DNA of 63,850 nucleotides, the filler included, from Lama guanicoe (Eukaryota), in NCBI GenBank assembly GCA_013239625.1. It is 198 parts of 198 records of this genome, joined end to end, with 100 filler letters (N's around TTAATTAATTAA, not from the genome) between each part and the next. Parts side by side here need not be neighbours in the genome. Positions count along the whole stretch, not along the records: positions 48,447 to 48,669 come from PNXV01041434.1; positions 48,770 to 48,992 come from PNXV01041435.1; positions 49,093 to 49,315 come from PNXV01041436.1; positions 49,416 to 49,638 come from PNXV01041437.1; positions 49,739 to 49,961 come from PNXV01041438.1; positions 50,062 to 50,284 come from PNXV01041439.1; positions 50,385 to 50,607 come from PNXV01041440.1; positions 50,708 to 50,930 come from PNXV01041441.1; 190 more parts are not named here. One strand, given 5' to 3'. Positions 48,347 through 59,974 of this stretch are shown piece by piece. A program made the position numbers and the translations under genes. The notes under the pieces are model-generated. The model worked only from the letters and a program-made list of their open reading frames with translations. It was not told the DNA's origin and ran no database searches. Each line of letters begins with the position of its first letter. Position 1 is the first letter of the stretch.

Positions 48347-51300
48347 NNNNNNNNNNNNNNNNNNNNNNNNNNNNNNNNNNNNNNNNNNNNTTAATTAATT
48401 AANNNNNNNNNNNNNNNNNNNNNNNNNNNNNNNNNNNNNNNNNNNNTCTGAATTCATCTCTTTGTATCTTAAAATAGTTGCTACAAGAAGGTACATAACT
48501 CAAGGCATTTAAATAAAGAACCGACTCCCCTACACACAACGTTCAAACAGCATGATGGGGGAACAGCAGGATTTCTTCCTCGGAGGAAAAATAACGCATC
48601 TAAACCAGGAGAGGAGAAAAAAGTCTTAGGCCGGCTCCTTGAAAGGAACAGGAGGCTGCAGCTTACACGNNNNNNNNNNNNNNNNNNNNNNNNNNNNNNN
48701 NNNNNNNNNNNNNTTAATTAATTAANNNNNNNNNNNNNNNNNNNNNNNNNNNNNNNNNNNNNNNNNNNNCCCACACTGGTACTCATTTTGGGAATCCATG
48801 GCCACACGATACGGAGACAGAGGAGAGGATTTGCCCAGGGACCGCTGTCATTGTCCTTGTCTGTTTCATTCATTCGATGGGAGGAAGGGAGGGTGCTGCA
48901 TGATATTAGGCTGCCTCTGTCACCTCTAACTTGTGCAGATAATCATCACCACTCTTCTTCCAGACATTCTGGGTGCTCAGAAGATACCGGAGNNNNNNNN
49001 NNNNNNNNNNNNNNNNNNNNNNNNNNNNNNNNNNNNTTAATTAATTAANNNNNNNNNNNNNNNNNNNNNNNNNNNNNNNNNNNNNNNNNNNNCAGTAGAT
49101 GCAGAGACAGCATCTGATTAAAATTCATCAGTCATTAATGATGAAAAAGGCACATCAATGTGGCTTAGCCAACTAGAAAGAAAAGGGAGCTGCCTTGACT
49201 TACTAAAGTCCATATATCTAAAGCCAGCAGCAAACATTGTACTTTAGGGTTAATCTTTAGGAACATCTCAATGAAACTGAGATGAGATAAGGATACATAC
49301 TATAGTTCCATCTATNNNNNNNNNNNNNNNNNNNNNNNNNNNNNNNNNNNNNNNNNNNNTTAATTAATTAANNNNNNNNNNNNNNNNNNNNNNNNNNNNN
49401 NNNNNNNNNNNNNNNAGGACTCCTGAACCTGCAGTGTCAAGCCTAACGTGGTCCAAATGAAGACGAACCCGCAGACGTGCTTCTGCACAGGCTGACGGGG
49501 AAGAAGGCATGTGGCAGCGCGGAAAGGACTCATCTCCAAACAGCTTCGAAATGAAATGACTCGGCTAACATAAAAAAGCTCTGAAATCTAAATGCAAAAA
49601 GCACACTTCTCTGCCTCGTGAACCATCAGATGAAGAAANNNNNNNNNNNNNNNNNNNNNNNNNNNNNNNNNNNNNNNNNNNNTTAATTAATTAANNNNNN
49701 NNNNNNNNNNNNNNNNNNNNNNNNNNNNNNNNNNNNNNGTGGCACGAGGGGTGAGCTGGTCCTTGAATGGGGCACAAGGGCAGGGGCAGGTCTGAGAGTA
49801 GGGCCAGAGGGGTGGCAGAGGTGGTGTGCCCACCCGCTTGGTGGGGCTGTGTGCAGGGATCACGCACTGTCCCCTGTTTTTGCTCCCAACACCTCATAAG
49901 TGATAACTGGGTTTTTGGCTTTTTTGTATCTTGTTCGTGACTGGCCCCAACTGCACATGCANNNNNNNNNNNNNNNNNNNNNNNNNNNNNNNNNNNNNNN
50001 NNNNNTTAATTAATTAANNNNNNNNNNNNNNNNNNNNNNNNNNNNNNNNNNNNNNNNNNNNTGTCTAAATAATGTTTCACCACACTCAAAGCAGTTGCGG
50101 GTAGGGTAGCAGAATTAGCATCTTTTAGTAAAGAAATTATTAATATCTTACTGTAAACTAGCTAGTTTAAACTTTTATATATGGGCAAAATCCCTTTTGT
50201 CTACTTCCCTAAGGGTAACTATCTTTATCTGTTGGGTCAATATATTTTTCCATATATTTGTGTATTTAAAATAGGTCTGTAGAANNNNNNNNNNNNNNNN
50301 NNNNNNNNNNNNNNNNNNNNNNNNNNNNTTAATTAATTAANNNNNNNNNNNNNNNNNNNNNNNNNNNNNNNNNNNNNNNNNNNNGGATGATCCACGCATG
50401 GCAGCTGCGGGACCTGTGTGCCAAGGCTGGTGCATGCCAGATGAGAGGGTAAGGGGTCTGCAGGGAGTCTCTCTGAACTGCTTTGCTATTTCAGAGAAGT
50501 AGGAAGGTCATCACCTGACAATGAGGATGTAGGAGACATTGCTGAAGGTGGAGGAGAGGGGGTAGGTGTGAAACAGACATTCAGGCAAGTCGGGGCGTGA
50601 CTGAGCTNNNNNNNNNNNNNNNNNNNNNNNNNNNNNNNNNNNNNNNNNNNNTTAATTAATTAANNNNNNNNNNNNNNNNNNNNNNNNNNNNNNNNNNNNN
50701 NNNNNNNACCAAAGATGTCTCAACTGGCCAATGCAAGTACCGATACACACACGAAAAATATGGTCCCACAAAAAAAAGATCTCCCGAAAGCGAGTGCCCC
50801 CAATGAGCCCAGAATAGCTCACTTTCCAGAAAGTAATCAGCCTAGGTGGAGCGGGTAGAATTTTCCCATCCTGCCCAAGTCGGAGCGGCTCACCCCAAAA
50901 CAATACACACAAAAACGCAAACAACAAATANNNNNNNNNNNNNNNNNNNNNNNNNNNNNNNNNNNNNNNNNNNNTTAATTAATTAANNNNNNNNNNNNNN
51001 NNNNNNNNNNNNNNNNNNNNNNNNNNNNNNTTCAGTGTTAAGTGTGCTTTACTGACATAGAACATTATTTCTGTTGATTTAATGGCCAGTTATTCCTCTG
51101 TGATTTGTCTGTTCGTACCCTTCCCCCATTATTTTATTGGTTTATTATTTCCTCATTTTTTCATAGTATTTCTTAATTTGTATTTTGTATATCAACTCTT
51201 TGGGTCATTTTAGGTTGAACGCCATTCCTTCAGGTCAGTCATTTGTCCTTTCTNNNNNNNNNNNNNNNNNNNNNNNNNNNNNNNNNNNNNNNNNNNNTTA

Positions 51301-51999
51301 ATTAATTAANNNNNNNNNNNNNNNNNNNNNNNNNNNNNNNNNNNNNNNNNNNNTTCAGTTGTGGTTAGTATTTTACTTTTAAATAAAACTGTGGGAGATT
51401 TGTTAATTTTCCCTTGCAGAGTATTTCTTTTAGGATATAAAAGTGACAAATGTCAATTTTCAAAAACACAGCCAAGTATTCAAAGATGGAAACTCCCAAT
51501 TTTATAGGCTGCATTATTACTATCACTGTATGTGTCTTTTGTATTTTTAATGCAGGAAAAAAATTTTTAAAAAACCNNNNNNNNNNNNNNNNNNNNNNNN
51601 NNNNNNNNNNNNNNNNNNNNTTAATTAATTAANNNNNNNNNNNNNNNNNNNNNNNNNNNNNNNNNNNNNNNNNNNNCAGCTGCGAACATGCCCTAGCGGG
51701 GCTTATATTTTAGTGGAGGGAATTGGACAAAAATCTAATGAGCAGATAAACAAGCAGGGCAAGGAGAGACAACAGGTAACACAGCACAGGACAGGAGTTT
51801 ATCTCAGATAGGTTGGGCAGGGCGGGGCATACGCGCAGAGCTCAGAAGGAAGAGACGGACGGAGACGTGCACACGTCAGAGGGAAAGAAAGGCCTGGCCN
51901 NNNNNNNNNNNNNNNNNNNNNNNNNNNNNNNNNNNNNNNNNNNTTAATTAATTAANNNNNNNNNNNNNNNNNNNNNNNNNNNNNNNNNNNNNNNNNNNN

Positions 52000-52066
52000 T
52001 AAAACTGTCTTCAATACGGCTGAATATGCCTTGGCAGGAAAATCACCCCCAGTTGAGAACCACTGA
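52000..52066 (+). mobile_element. MER20 terminus
   Basis: AAAATCACCCCCAGTTGAGAACCACTG is the recalled MER20 terminal sequence. Confidence 0.75.
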
Positions 52067-52645
52067 AAATCCTGGAACAAACAAACATTTTATGATTTGT
52101 TGATTGCCTGAGCCTTGTACCTTTCAAAGTGAGCTACGTTCACTTTTGTGAATCAAACATCAATACATGCGAATCATAGTCATGTAAACTGTTATTAATT
52201 ATCCAGAACTCTCCTTATCATTNNNNNNNNNNNNNNNNNNNNNNNNNNNNNNNNNNNNNNNNNNNNTTAATTAATTAANNNNNNNNNNNNNNNNNNNNNN
52301 NNNNNNNNNNNNNNNNNNNNNNGGGAATGGTGACCAAGGGGGCGTCAGGAGGGGAGCAGTTAAGTGCCTTAAGTGTAAGGCAACAGGGTGATGGTCATTA
52401 AAAAGAGCTGTCACAGAAGCATTTTGACTTGAAATGCTTGTAAGTTCTAAGACACTAGACAGTTAAGCTCATTTTTGTGGGAAAACGTGTGACACGTGTG
52501 TGCTCAGGCGCGGGACGTGCAGCAGAATGACCGGTGATGTCCAGCNNNNNNNNNNNNNNNNNNNNNNNNNNNNNNNNNNNNNNNNNNNNTTAATTAATTA
52601 ANNNNNNNNNNNNNNNNNNNNNNNNNNNNNNNNNNNNNNNNNNNN

Positions 52646-53191
52646 TGAGAAAGCTTATGGTATAAGTATGATTTTTAGTAATAAATTGGCTACTATGTGA
52701 CTCCTGTTTGATTCTTTGTTTCATAACAGTTCTCAGTTTATACAAACAAAGCACATATTACAGTTTTACCTAACTTGTGATGAATAACCTCTGACCTATT
52801 CACTAACTCTTGCGATTAGCAAGTGAATTTGATTATAGTTCTGTGTACTTTCTTCCTGACTCTTTCTTNNNNNNNNNNNNNNNNNNNNNNNNNNNNNNNN
52901 NNNNNNNNNNNNTTAATTAATTAANNNNNNNNNNNNNNNNNNNNNNNNNNNNNNNNNNNNNNNNNNNNTGAGAAAGCTTATGGTATAAGTATGATTTTTA
53001 GTAATAAATTGGCTACTTTGTGACTCCTGTTTGATTCTTTGTTTCATAACGGTTCTCAGTTTATACAAACAAAGCACAAATTACAGTTTTACCTGACTTG
53101 TGATGAATAACCTCTGACCTATTCACTAACTCTTGCGATTAACAAGTGAATTTGATTATAGTTCTGTGTACTTTCTTCCTGACTCTTTCTT
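52646..53191 (+). repeat. Near-identical contig pair F (52646-52868 and 52969-53191)
   Basis: 5 substitutions, 49 identical nt at each end. Confidence 0.97.
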
Positions 53192-54619
53192 NNNNNNNNN
53201 NNNNNNNNNNNNNNNNNNNNNNNNNNNNNNNNNNNTTAATTAATTAANNNNNNNNNNNNNNNNNNNNNNNNNNNNNNNNNNNNNNNNNNNNAAAAAAAAA
53301 AAGAGGTAACAGGTTGCTTTCTGAGTCTGTTTTTACAAATTCCTCTAAGTGTTGCCCAAAAAGACATTCCAAGAAACACTATTATTCAAGAACTGAATAA
53401 ATGTCCCTTTTTTTTTAAGCCCATTTAATTGTCAAAATTTTGTAAAATGCTGCTACTCAGAGGTTTATAATAACTGGTGACAACTCTGAGATTTTTGCCA
53501 GTACATTCCTCTGTNNNNNNNNNNNNNNNNNNNNNNNNNNNNNNNNNNNNNNNNNNNNTTAATTAATTAANNNNNNNNNNNNNNNNNNNNNNNNNNNNNN
53601 NNNNNNNNNNNNNNATGTAATCCTGTGGCGAGTTCTTAATCTCTGTCGGTGGTGATTCAAAATCCAAAACTGAAGCAGAAGCATCTGCCACCTCACCGCC
53701 CCAACTTCACGGCCGATGTCTCCACTGCCCTCTCTACGCAGGAGCACAAGCCAACATTCCCTGATCAGGCAACTGGGCCTCGGTAACTTCTGTGATGGTA
53801 AAAATGACTTTAAAGATCCTTCTGGCTTTTAAAACAANNNNNNNNNNNNNNNNNNNNNNNNNNNNNNNNNNNNNNNNNNNNTTAATTAATTAANNNNNNN
53901 NNNNNNNNNNNNNNNNNNNNNNNNNNNNNNNNNNNNNTGTTGCATCTTTCCCGGCAACCTGGAAGGTCTTTTTAGCCATAGGTGGCACAGATGCACCTTC
54001 TTACAGTCTTAATTTTCCTGTTTGTCAAAGAAGGCTTAAACAACGTGATTTTATTTTGATATCTTTGCTTAACGCTTCAGAATAGCACAATTTCCATTGT
54101 GTCTCTCTACGTGGAAAAATTACTCTGCTTATATCTTAGTTTTATTCTGTCATCTCGCTGNNNNNNNNNNNNNNNNNNNNNNNNNNNNNNNNNNNNNNNN
54201 NNNNTTAATTAATTAANNNNNNNNNNNNNNNNNNNNNNNNNNNNNNNNNNNNNNNNNNNNAAAATCCAAACCTCCTCACCTAGTGATTTTTGAAAATGAT
54301 TTTATGTACCCTATCTTAATGTAAAATTAAGTCCATACATTTTTAAATGTCTTATTTTAAAAATGATTTATTCCAGTGATTAAATCTTTAGCAACCATGT
54401 CAGAAAAGTACACTTCTATGTTTGATTCCAACCTAAAGTTTAAGAAATATGCAGACTACCCAAATATCTAAACTTAAAGTATCNNNNNNNNNNNNNNNNN
54501 NNNNNNNNNNNNNNNNNNNNNNNNNNNTTAATTAATTAANNNNNNNNNNNNNNNNNNNNNNNNNNNNNNNNNNNNNNNNNNNNGCATGTAAAGTCCTTGA
54601 GACCTTAGAGCTCTGCTGT

Positions 54620-54762
54620 GTCACTTAAAAGCTGACTTCTGAGAAACTGAGTTTTTAATTAAAACAAATGTAAGTTGCTACACGTGGCTAGCAGCCACCG
54701 TGCTGGACAGCGCAGGCATTGGTTGTTCCCGTTACCACGGGGTGCTCTACTGAACGGTGCTC
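54620..54762. mobile_element. MER3/MER33-like hAT-Charlie fragment
   Basis: GAAACTGAGTTTTTAATT...CTACACGTGGCTAGCAGCCACCGTGCTGGACAGCGCAG. Confidence 0.65.
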
Positions 54763-54906
54763 TCTCAGAGAGTGAAACGCCGTCCAGTGGCGCCCAGCTG
54801 AGTTTGNNNNNNNNNNNNNNNNNNNNNNNNNNNNNNNNNNNNNNNNNNNNTTAATTAATTAANNNNNNNNNNNNNNNNNNNNNNNNNNNNNNNNNNNNNN
54901 NNNNNN

Positions 54907-55129
54907 TGGAAAACAGTATGGAGATTCCTCAAAAACCTAAAAATAGATTTACCATATGATCCAGTAATCCAACTTCTGGGTACATATCTGGAAGGAACTC
55001 TAATTTGAATAGATACATGCACCCCAATGTTCACAGCAGCACTACAGACAATAGCCAAGACATGGAAGCAATCCAAACACCCATCAACAGATGACTGGAT
55101 AAAGAAATTGTGATATATTTATACAATGG
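54907..55129 (+). mobile_element. Relatively young L1 ORF2 C-terminal fragment
   Basis: TGGAAAACAGTATGGAGATTCCTCAAAAACCTAAAAATAGA...CCATATGATCCAG...GATACATGCACCCCAATGTTCACAGCAGCACTA. Confidence 0.95.
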
Positions 55130-55552
55130 NNNNNNNNNNNNNNNNNNNNNNNNNNNNNNNNNNNNNNNNNNNNTTAATTAATTAANNNNNNNNNNNNNNN
55201 NNNNNNNNNNNNNNNNNNNNNNNNNNNNNGAAAGCCTCCCTGAATGACCCCACCCCATCCCAAAGCCAGCCCTCCCTCTCTGAACTCTCATTATTTCCCT
55301 CTATTCATTTGGAAATTACCATTTGCAACCTCAAGTTGTTTTTGGCTTTTTTTTAAACTTACTTTTCCCAACTGTCTAAATTATAAGATTATTAAAATTA
55401 GGAGCTCTCTAAAACATTTTTTCCCTCACTAGATCACTGGTGTATTATAAAANNNNNNNNNNNNNNNNNNNNNNNNNNNNNNNNNNNNNNNNNNNNTTAA
55501 TTAATTAANNNNNNNNNNNNNNNNNNNNNNNNNNNNNNNNNNNNNNNNNNNN

Positions 55553-55775
55553 CAGTGATTTCATAGGAACCTGGGTCAGACCTGCCTGCTGGATTTGGAG
55601 GGTCTCCTGGGGACTTGGTGGACAGCTGTGGGTCACTCAGGGGACATAAAAACTGGTGGCAGACATGCCAGGAGTGTTAATCTACATGTTCTTTCCTGGA
55701 GGCTGACATCTTGATCAGATCATTAACACCAAGACCTAGCCCCACCCAACAGCCTGCAGGGAAGCCTCAGGCCAA
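55553..55775 (+). mobile_element. L1 5' UTR fragment
   Basis: Bridges the reverse complements of contigs 45540 and 37465. Confidence 0.75.
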
Positions 55776-55875
55776 NNNNNNNNNNNNNNNNNNNNNNNNN
55801 NNNNNNNNNNNNNNNNNNNTTAATTAATTAANNNNNNNNNNNNNNNNNNNNNNNNNNNNNNNNNNNNNNNNNNNN

Positions 55876-56080
55876 GAAGAAGAACATGCCTGGGCTAGCC
55901 CAATGGCCCCGGGGGAGGGTGATTGCCATACAACACAAAGGTGCCCTAGGTGAGTTGACCAAAACAGGTCCAGCCTAGGTCAGCCAACCCCATCTACCAC
56001 AGACACGTATGTTAAATAAGTGCTTATCCACTCTGAGAGTTTGGAGTTCTCTGTTACACAGCAATAGCTAATTCATACAC
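55876..56080 (+). mobile_element. Old MLT1-type MaLR LTR 3' end
   Basis: CCAGCCTAGGTCAGCCAACCCC...AAATAAGTGCTT...TGTTACACAGCAATAGCTAATTCATACA. Confidence 0.65.
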
Positions 56081-58539
56081 CTTCCCTGAACTCTCTCTNN
56101 NNNNNNNNNNNNNNNNNNNNNNNNNNNNNNNNNNNNNNNNNNTTAATTAATTAANNNNNNNNNNNNNNNNNNNNNNNNNNNNNNNNNNNNNNNNNNNNAA
56201 AGGGCTATAAAGACATACTGGATATAGTAATTAAAATCAGCACATCAGTAGGAAATGAGTAAGGGACAAACAGATCAACAAGAAAGAAATATAAATCGAT
56301 TACAAACAAAAAAAAGTTCCACCTCACTCATGAGAAGAGGAAAGCTTGTAAAACCAAATACATCATTTTTCGATCACATTGGTAAAAAACTCAAAAGTGT
56401 GATGGCACACTCTTATTTGCANNNNNNNNNNNNNNNNNNNNNNNNNNNNNNNNNNNNNNNNNNNNTTAATTAATTAANNNNNNNNNNNNNNNNNNNNNNN
56501 NNNNNNNNNNNNNNNNNNNNNAGACGTGTGAAATCATCAACTATAATTGGACACACTTCCCTCCGTTTGTACTGTGCGTACAGATCTGAATAAAAGGAAA
56601 GAGGGAAGAGAAAAGCCCATGGGACGCTAGTGGATAGAATCACATTTACCTTTAGAACCTCTTGTCTCATACAGCCCCTCCCCCAACACTGACAAGTTGC
56701 AGCCACCTTTGGGGATGGCAGTTGCCGGTTTAATTCCAGGTGGANNNNNNNNNNNNNNNNNNNNNNNNNNNNNNNNNNNNNNNNNNNNTTAATTAATTAA
56801 NNNNNNNNNNNNNNNNNNNNNNNNNNNNNNNNNNNNNNNNNNNNTCCAGCACGGCCCGGAGTGCATCTGGAGGCAGAGGTGGGGTGGGGGCCAACCGCGA
56901 TGGCGCCCAAGGAGGCCCCGGTGTCATCAGTGTGGGTAGTGAGTGCCTGCGTGACGGTCACCGAGGAGACAGATGCTAGAAATGGTGAGGGAGGGCGAGG
57001 CGGCCCGGGCATCGCTGGGCTTTTGGTGGCGGAGCAGCTGCCGCGTGGCAGGGAGCTGGAGTCCCAGNNNNNNNNNNNNNNNNNNNNNNNNNNNNNNNNN
57101 NNNNNNNNNNNTTAATTAATTAANNNNNNNNNNNNNNNNNNNNNNNNNNNNNNNNNNNNNNNNNNNNCCCTCCCCTCATGAAATTTTAATGCCACAAATA
57201 CACAGTATTCCCATTTGAATACTGTGACCATTTAGAGTATATAAAATGTCGTGAGATCTAAGGTTTTCTTGACTCTCAAGAAACCATTTTTAACCTCTTG
57301 GAAGTGATATTACCCCTGCTGAGAATACATGTTTTAATAACGATTATTTCTAATACTGAAATAAGAGCCTTCGCTGTTACTCTGAGCAGTNNNNNNNNNN
57401 NNNNNNNNNNNNNNNNNNNNNNNNNNNNNNNNNNTTAATTAATTAANNNNNNNNNNNNNNNNNNNNNNNNNNNNNNNNNNNNNNNNNNNNGAGCCTTTAA
57501 GGAGGTGAGAAGAACGAGAAAGAAGCCAAAGGTCACATGTTCCCAGGTCCACCGCGCCTCCAGTGTGATGCCTCCAGGGTGTAGGCCAGACTAGGTCCCG
57601 GGGGTCTGAGCAGATCAGCTTGGCTGTGGGCAGCCCTGGGTTGTACAAAGCCCCAGAAGTGTCTGTGCTTAGGACAGCCCATGAACACACACCGGGACAA
57701 AGTTGACTCAAGGNNNNNNNNNNNNNNNNNNNNNNNNNNNNNNNNNNNNNNNNNNNNTTAATTAATTAANNNNNNNNNNNNNNNNNNNNNNNNNNNNNNN
57801 NNNNNNNNNNNNNCCAGGTGCATGGTAACCGTGTGGAGAGGAGGCTGGAATAAACCCCACCCAGAGGCGGCCTCCCTGCTCCCGAGCTCATCCCGGGCTC
57901 CGTGAGCAGCAGCCCGGCTTCACAGCTGTCTCCCTGAATAGCGCCTGGTGCTTGTCGAATGAAAAGAGTGGTTCCTCTGCTTTACCTTAAACCATCTCAC
58001 CCTTTGCCCAAGTCACTTTTAAAATTATTGATGTGANNNNNNNNNNNNNNNNNNNNNNNNNNNNNNNNNNNNNNNNNNNNTTAATTAATTAANNNNNNNN
58101 NNNNNNNNNNNNNNNNNNNNNNNNNNNNNNNNNNNNTGCTCGTCCTTTACAGGACTTGGACATTCACAGCTTGTACTGGCCGTGCGCCTGATTCCAGGTT
58201 TCTCCAGCCCCAGGACCGGCTGGGGCCCACGTGAGGGTGGCAGACGTTTGTCTCCGTGGCCCCAGCCACCCCTGCGGAGAGCCAAAGGCCTGCTTCCCCC
58301 TGAAGCGCGGGCCCGCCTGTGAAGGAGCCCAGCACCTCCTCCCTCTCCAGGAGCAAGGCNNNNNNNNNNNNNNNNNNNNNNNNNNNNNNNNNNNNNNNNN
58401 NNNTTAATTAATTAANNNNNNNNNNNNNNNNNNNNNNNNNNNNNNNNNNNNNNNNNNNNGCAGGGCAAAGCCAAGAGGCCTCTGGCTGTGTTGACCTCAA
58501 AGTCCCCAGCCATTGCACTCACTGCATCCCAAGGACAGA

Positions 58540-58682
58540 TGTCCCCTCAAATCCATACATTCAAGTCCAGACGTAGGACCATTCTGATATCAGAATGTGA
58601 CCTTATTCGGAAATAGGGTCATTATAGATGTCATGAGTTAAGATGAGGTCACAGTGGACTAGGATGGGCCCCCAATCCAACG
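58540..58682 (+). mobile_element. MLT1B/C-like MaLR LTR fragment
   Basis: CAGAATGTGACCTTATTCGGAAATAGGGTC...GTTAAGATGAGGTCA. Confidence 0.8.
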
Positions 58683-58789
58683 NNNNNNNNNNNNNNNNNN
58701 NNNNNNNNNNNNNNNNNNNNNNNNNNTTAATTAATTAANNNNNNNNNNNNNNNNNNNNNNNNNNNNNNNNNNNNNNNNNNNNGGGCCCC

Positions 58790-58985
58790 AGCCTGTCACT
58801 CAGGGTGTCGTCATCTTGGGCAAATCACTTAATCTGCCCAAGCCTCAGGGCTGTCTGGCTGCTTTTTTCCCCCCCAATCTGTAAAATAAAGATAATAACG
58901 GTGCTCAATCTGAAAGATGCATAAGGATTAAAAACAGTAACTTACTACGAGCTCCATGCATGCGTGGCCCACGGCAAGACTCAGA
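58790..58985 (+). mobile_element. MIR SINE fragment
   Basis: TCTTGGGCAAATCACTTAATCTG...GCCTCAG...TCTGTAAAATAAAGATAATAAC...AGGATTAAA. Confidence 0.75.
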
Positions 58986-59751
58986 GTCATCAGTCCCCCC
59001 GTGGCNNNNNNNNNNNNNNNNNNNNNNNNNNNNNNNNNNNNNNNNNNNNTTAATTAATTAANNNNNNNNNNNNNNNNNNNNNNNNNNNNNNNNNNNNNNN
59101 NNNNNCAGTTACTGAGCCCACGGGAGGCTCTAGAATGTTCCAAGCCTTGACCCCCTCAGTGCTGCCAGCAAGCACACCGGGCAGCTGCCCCCTGCAGAGC
59201 CCTTCCACGTCCTGATCTCCACTCTGCTGGCTGTCAGATTTCCCTCTGCCCCCTGCAACCGCCCCCGGCCTGTGGGCCCGGCCTCTGACATGTGCGTCCC
59301 CCTGTGTTGTGTCCAGGGACAGGGTGCCNNNNNNNNNNNNNNNNNNNNNNNNNNNNNNNNNNNNNNNNNNNNTTAATTAATTAANNNNNNNNNNNNNNNN
59401 NNNNNNNNNNNNNNNNNNNNNNNNNNNNGGATGTTCATTCATTCATTCACACTCTCATTTATCATGTACGTGGGTTCCGGCTAGATGACAGCTTATCCTT
59501 GGAGACACAGCTCAGACCTCACCTCCTCCATGAAGTTCTTCTGGATTCCAAGTCCCTCCTGCAGCCCCTCTGGCCTCCCCTGGCACCCCCAGAGCTGGGA
59601 CATCACTCTGATTACCTCTCCAATCTGTGAGCTCTGTGAGAGCCCTGGGCCNNNNNNNNNNNNNNNNNNNNNNNNNNNNNNNNNNNNNNNNNNNNTTAAT
59701 TAATTAANNNNNNNNNNNNNNNNNNNNNNNNNNNNNNNNNNNNNNNNNNNN

Positions 59752-59974
59752 ACATGGTTTCTCTAAGCAATCTAACACAACGGGATAAACAAATGGGGTC
59801 TACATGCATACGGGGGAATATTACTCAGCCAGGAAAAGGAGTGAAGCTCTGACACAAGCTACAGCATGGATGGACTTTGACACAGGATGCTCAGAGAGAA
59901 AAGCAGATACAGAAAGACACATGGGGTGTGACTCCATTTATAGGAAACGCCCAGAACAGGCAACTCCATAGACA
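59752..59974 (+). mobile_element. L1MB-type 3' fragment
   Basis: GGATAAACAAATGGG...GGAATATTACTCAGCC...GCTACAGCATGGATGGACTTTGA...ACAGGCAACTCCATAGACA. Confidence 0.85.

Noticed and set aside
56845..57067. Open frames on both strands, Ser/Thr/Pro-rich on the minus strand
   Set aside because: High GC content depletes stop codons and I recognise no protein family.
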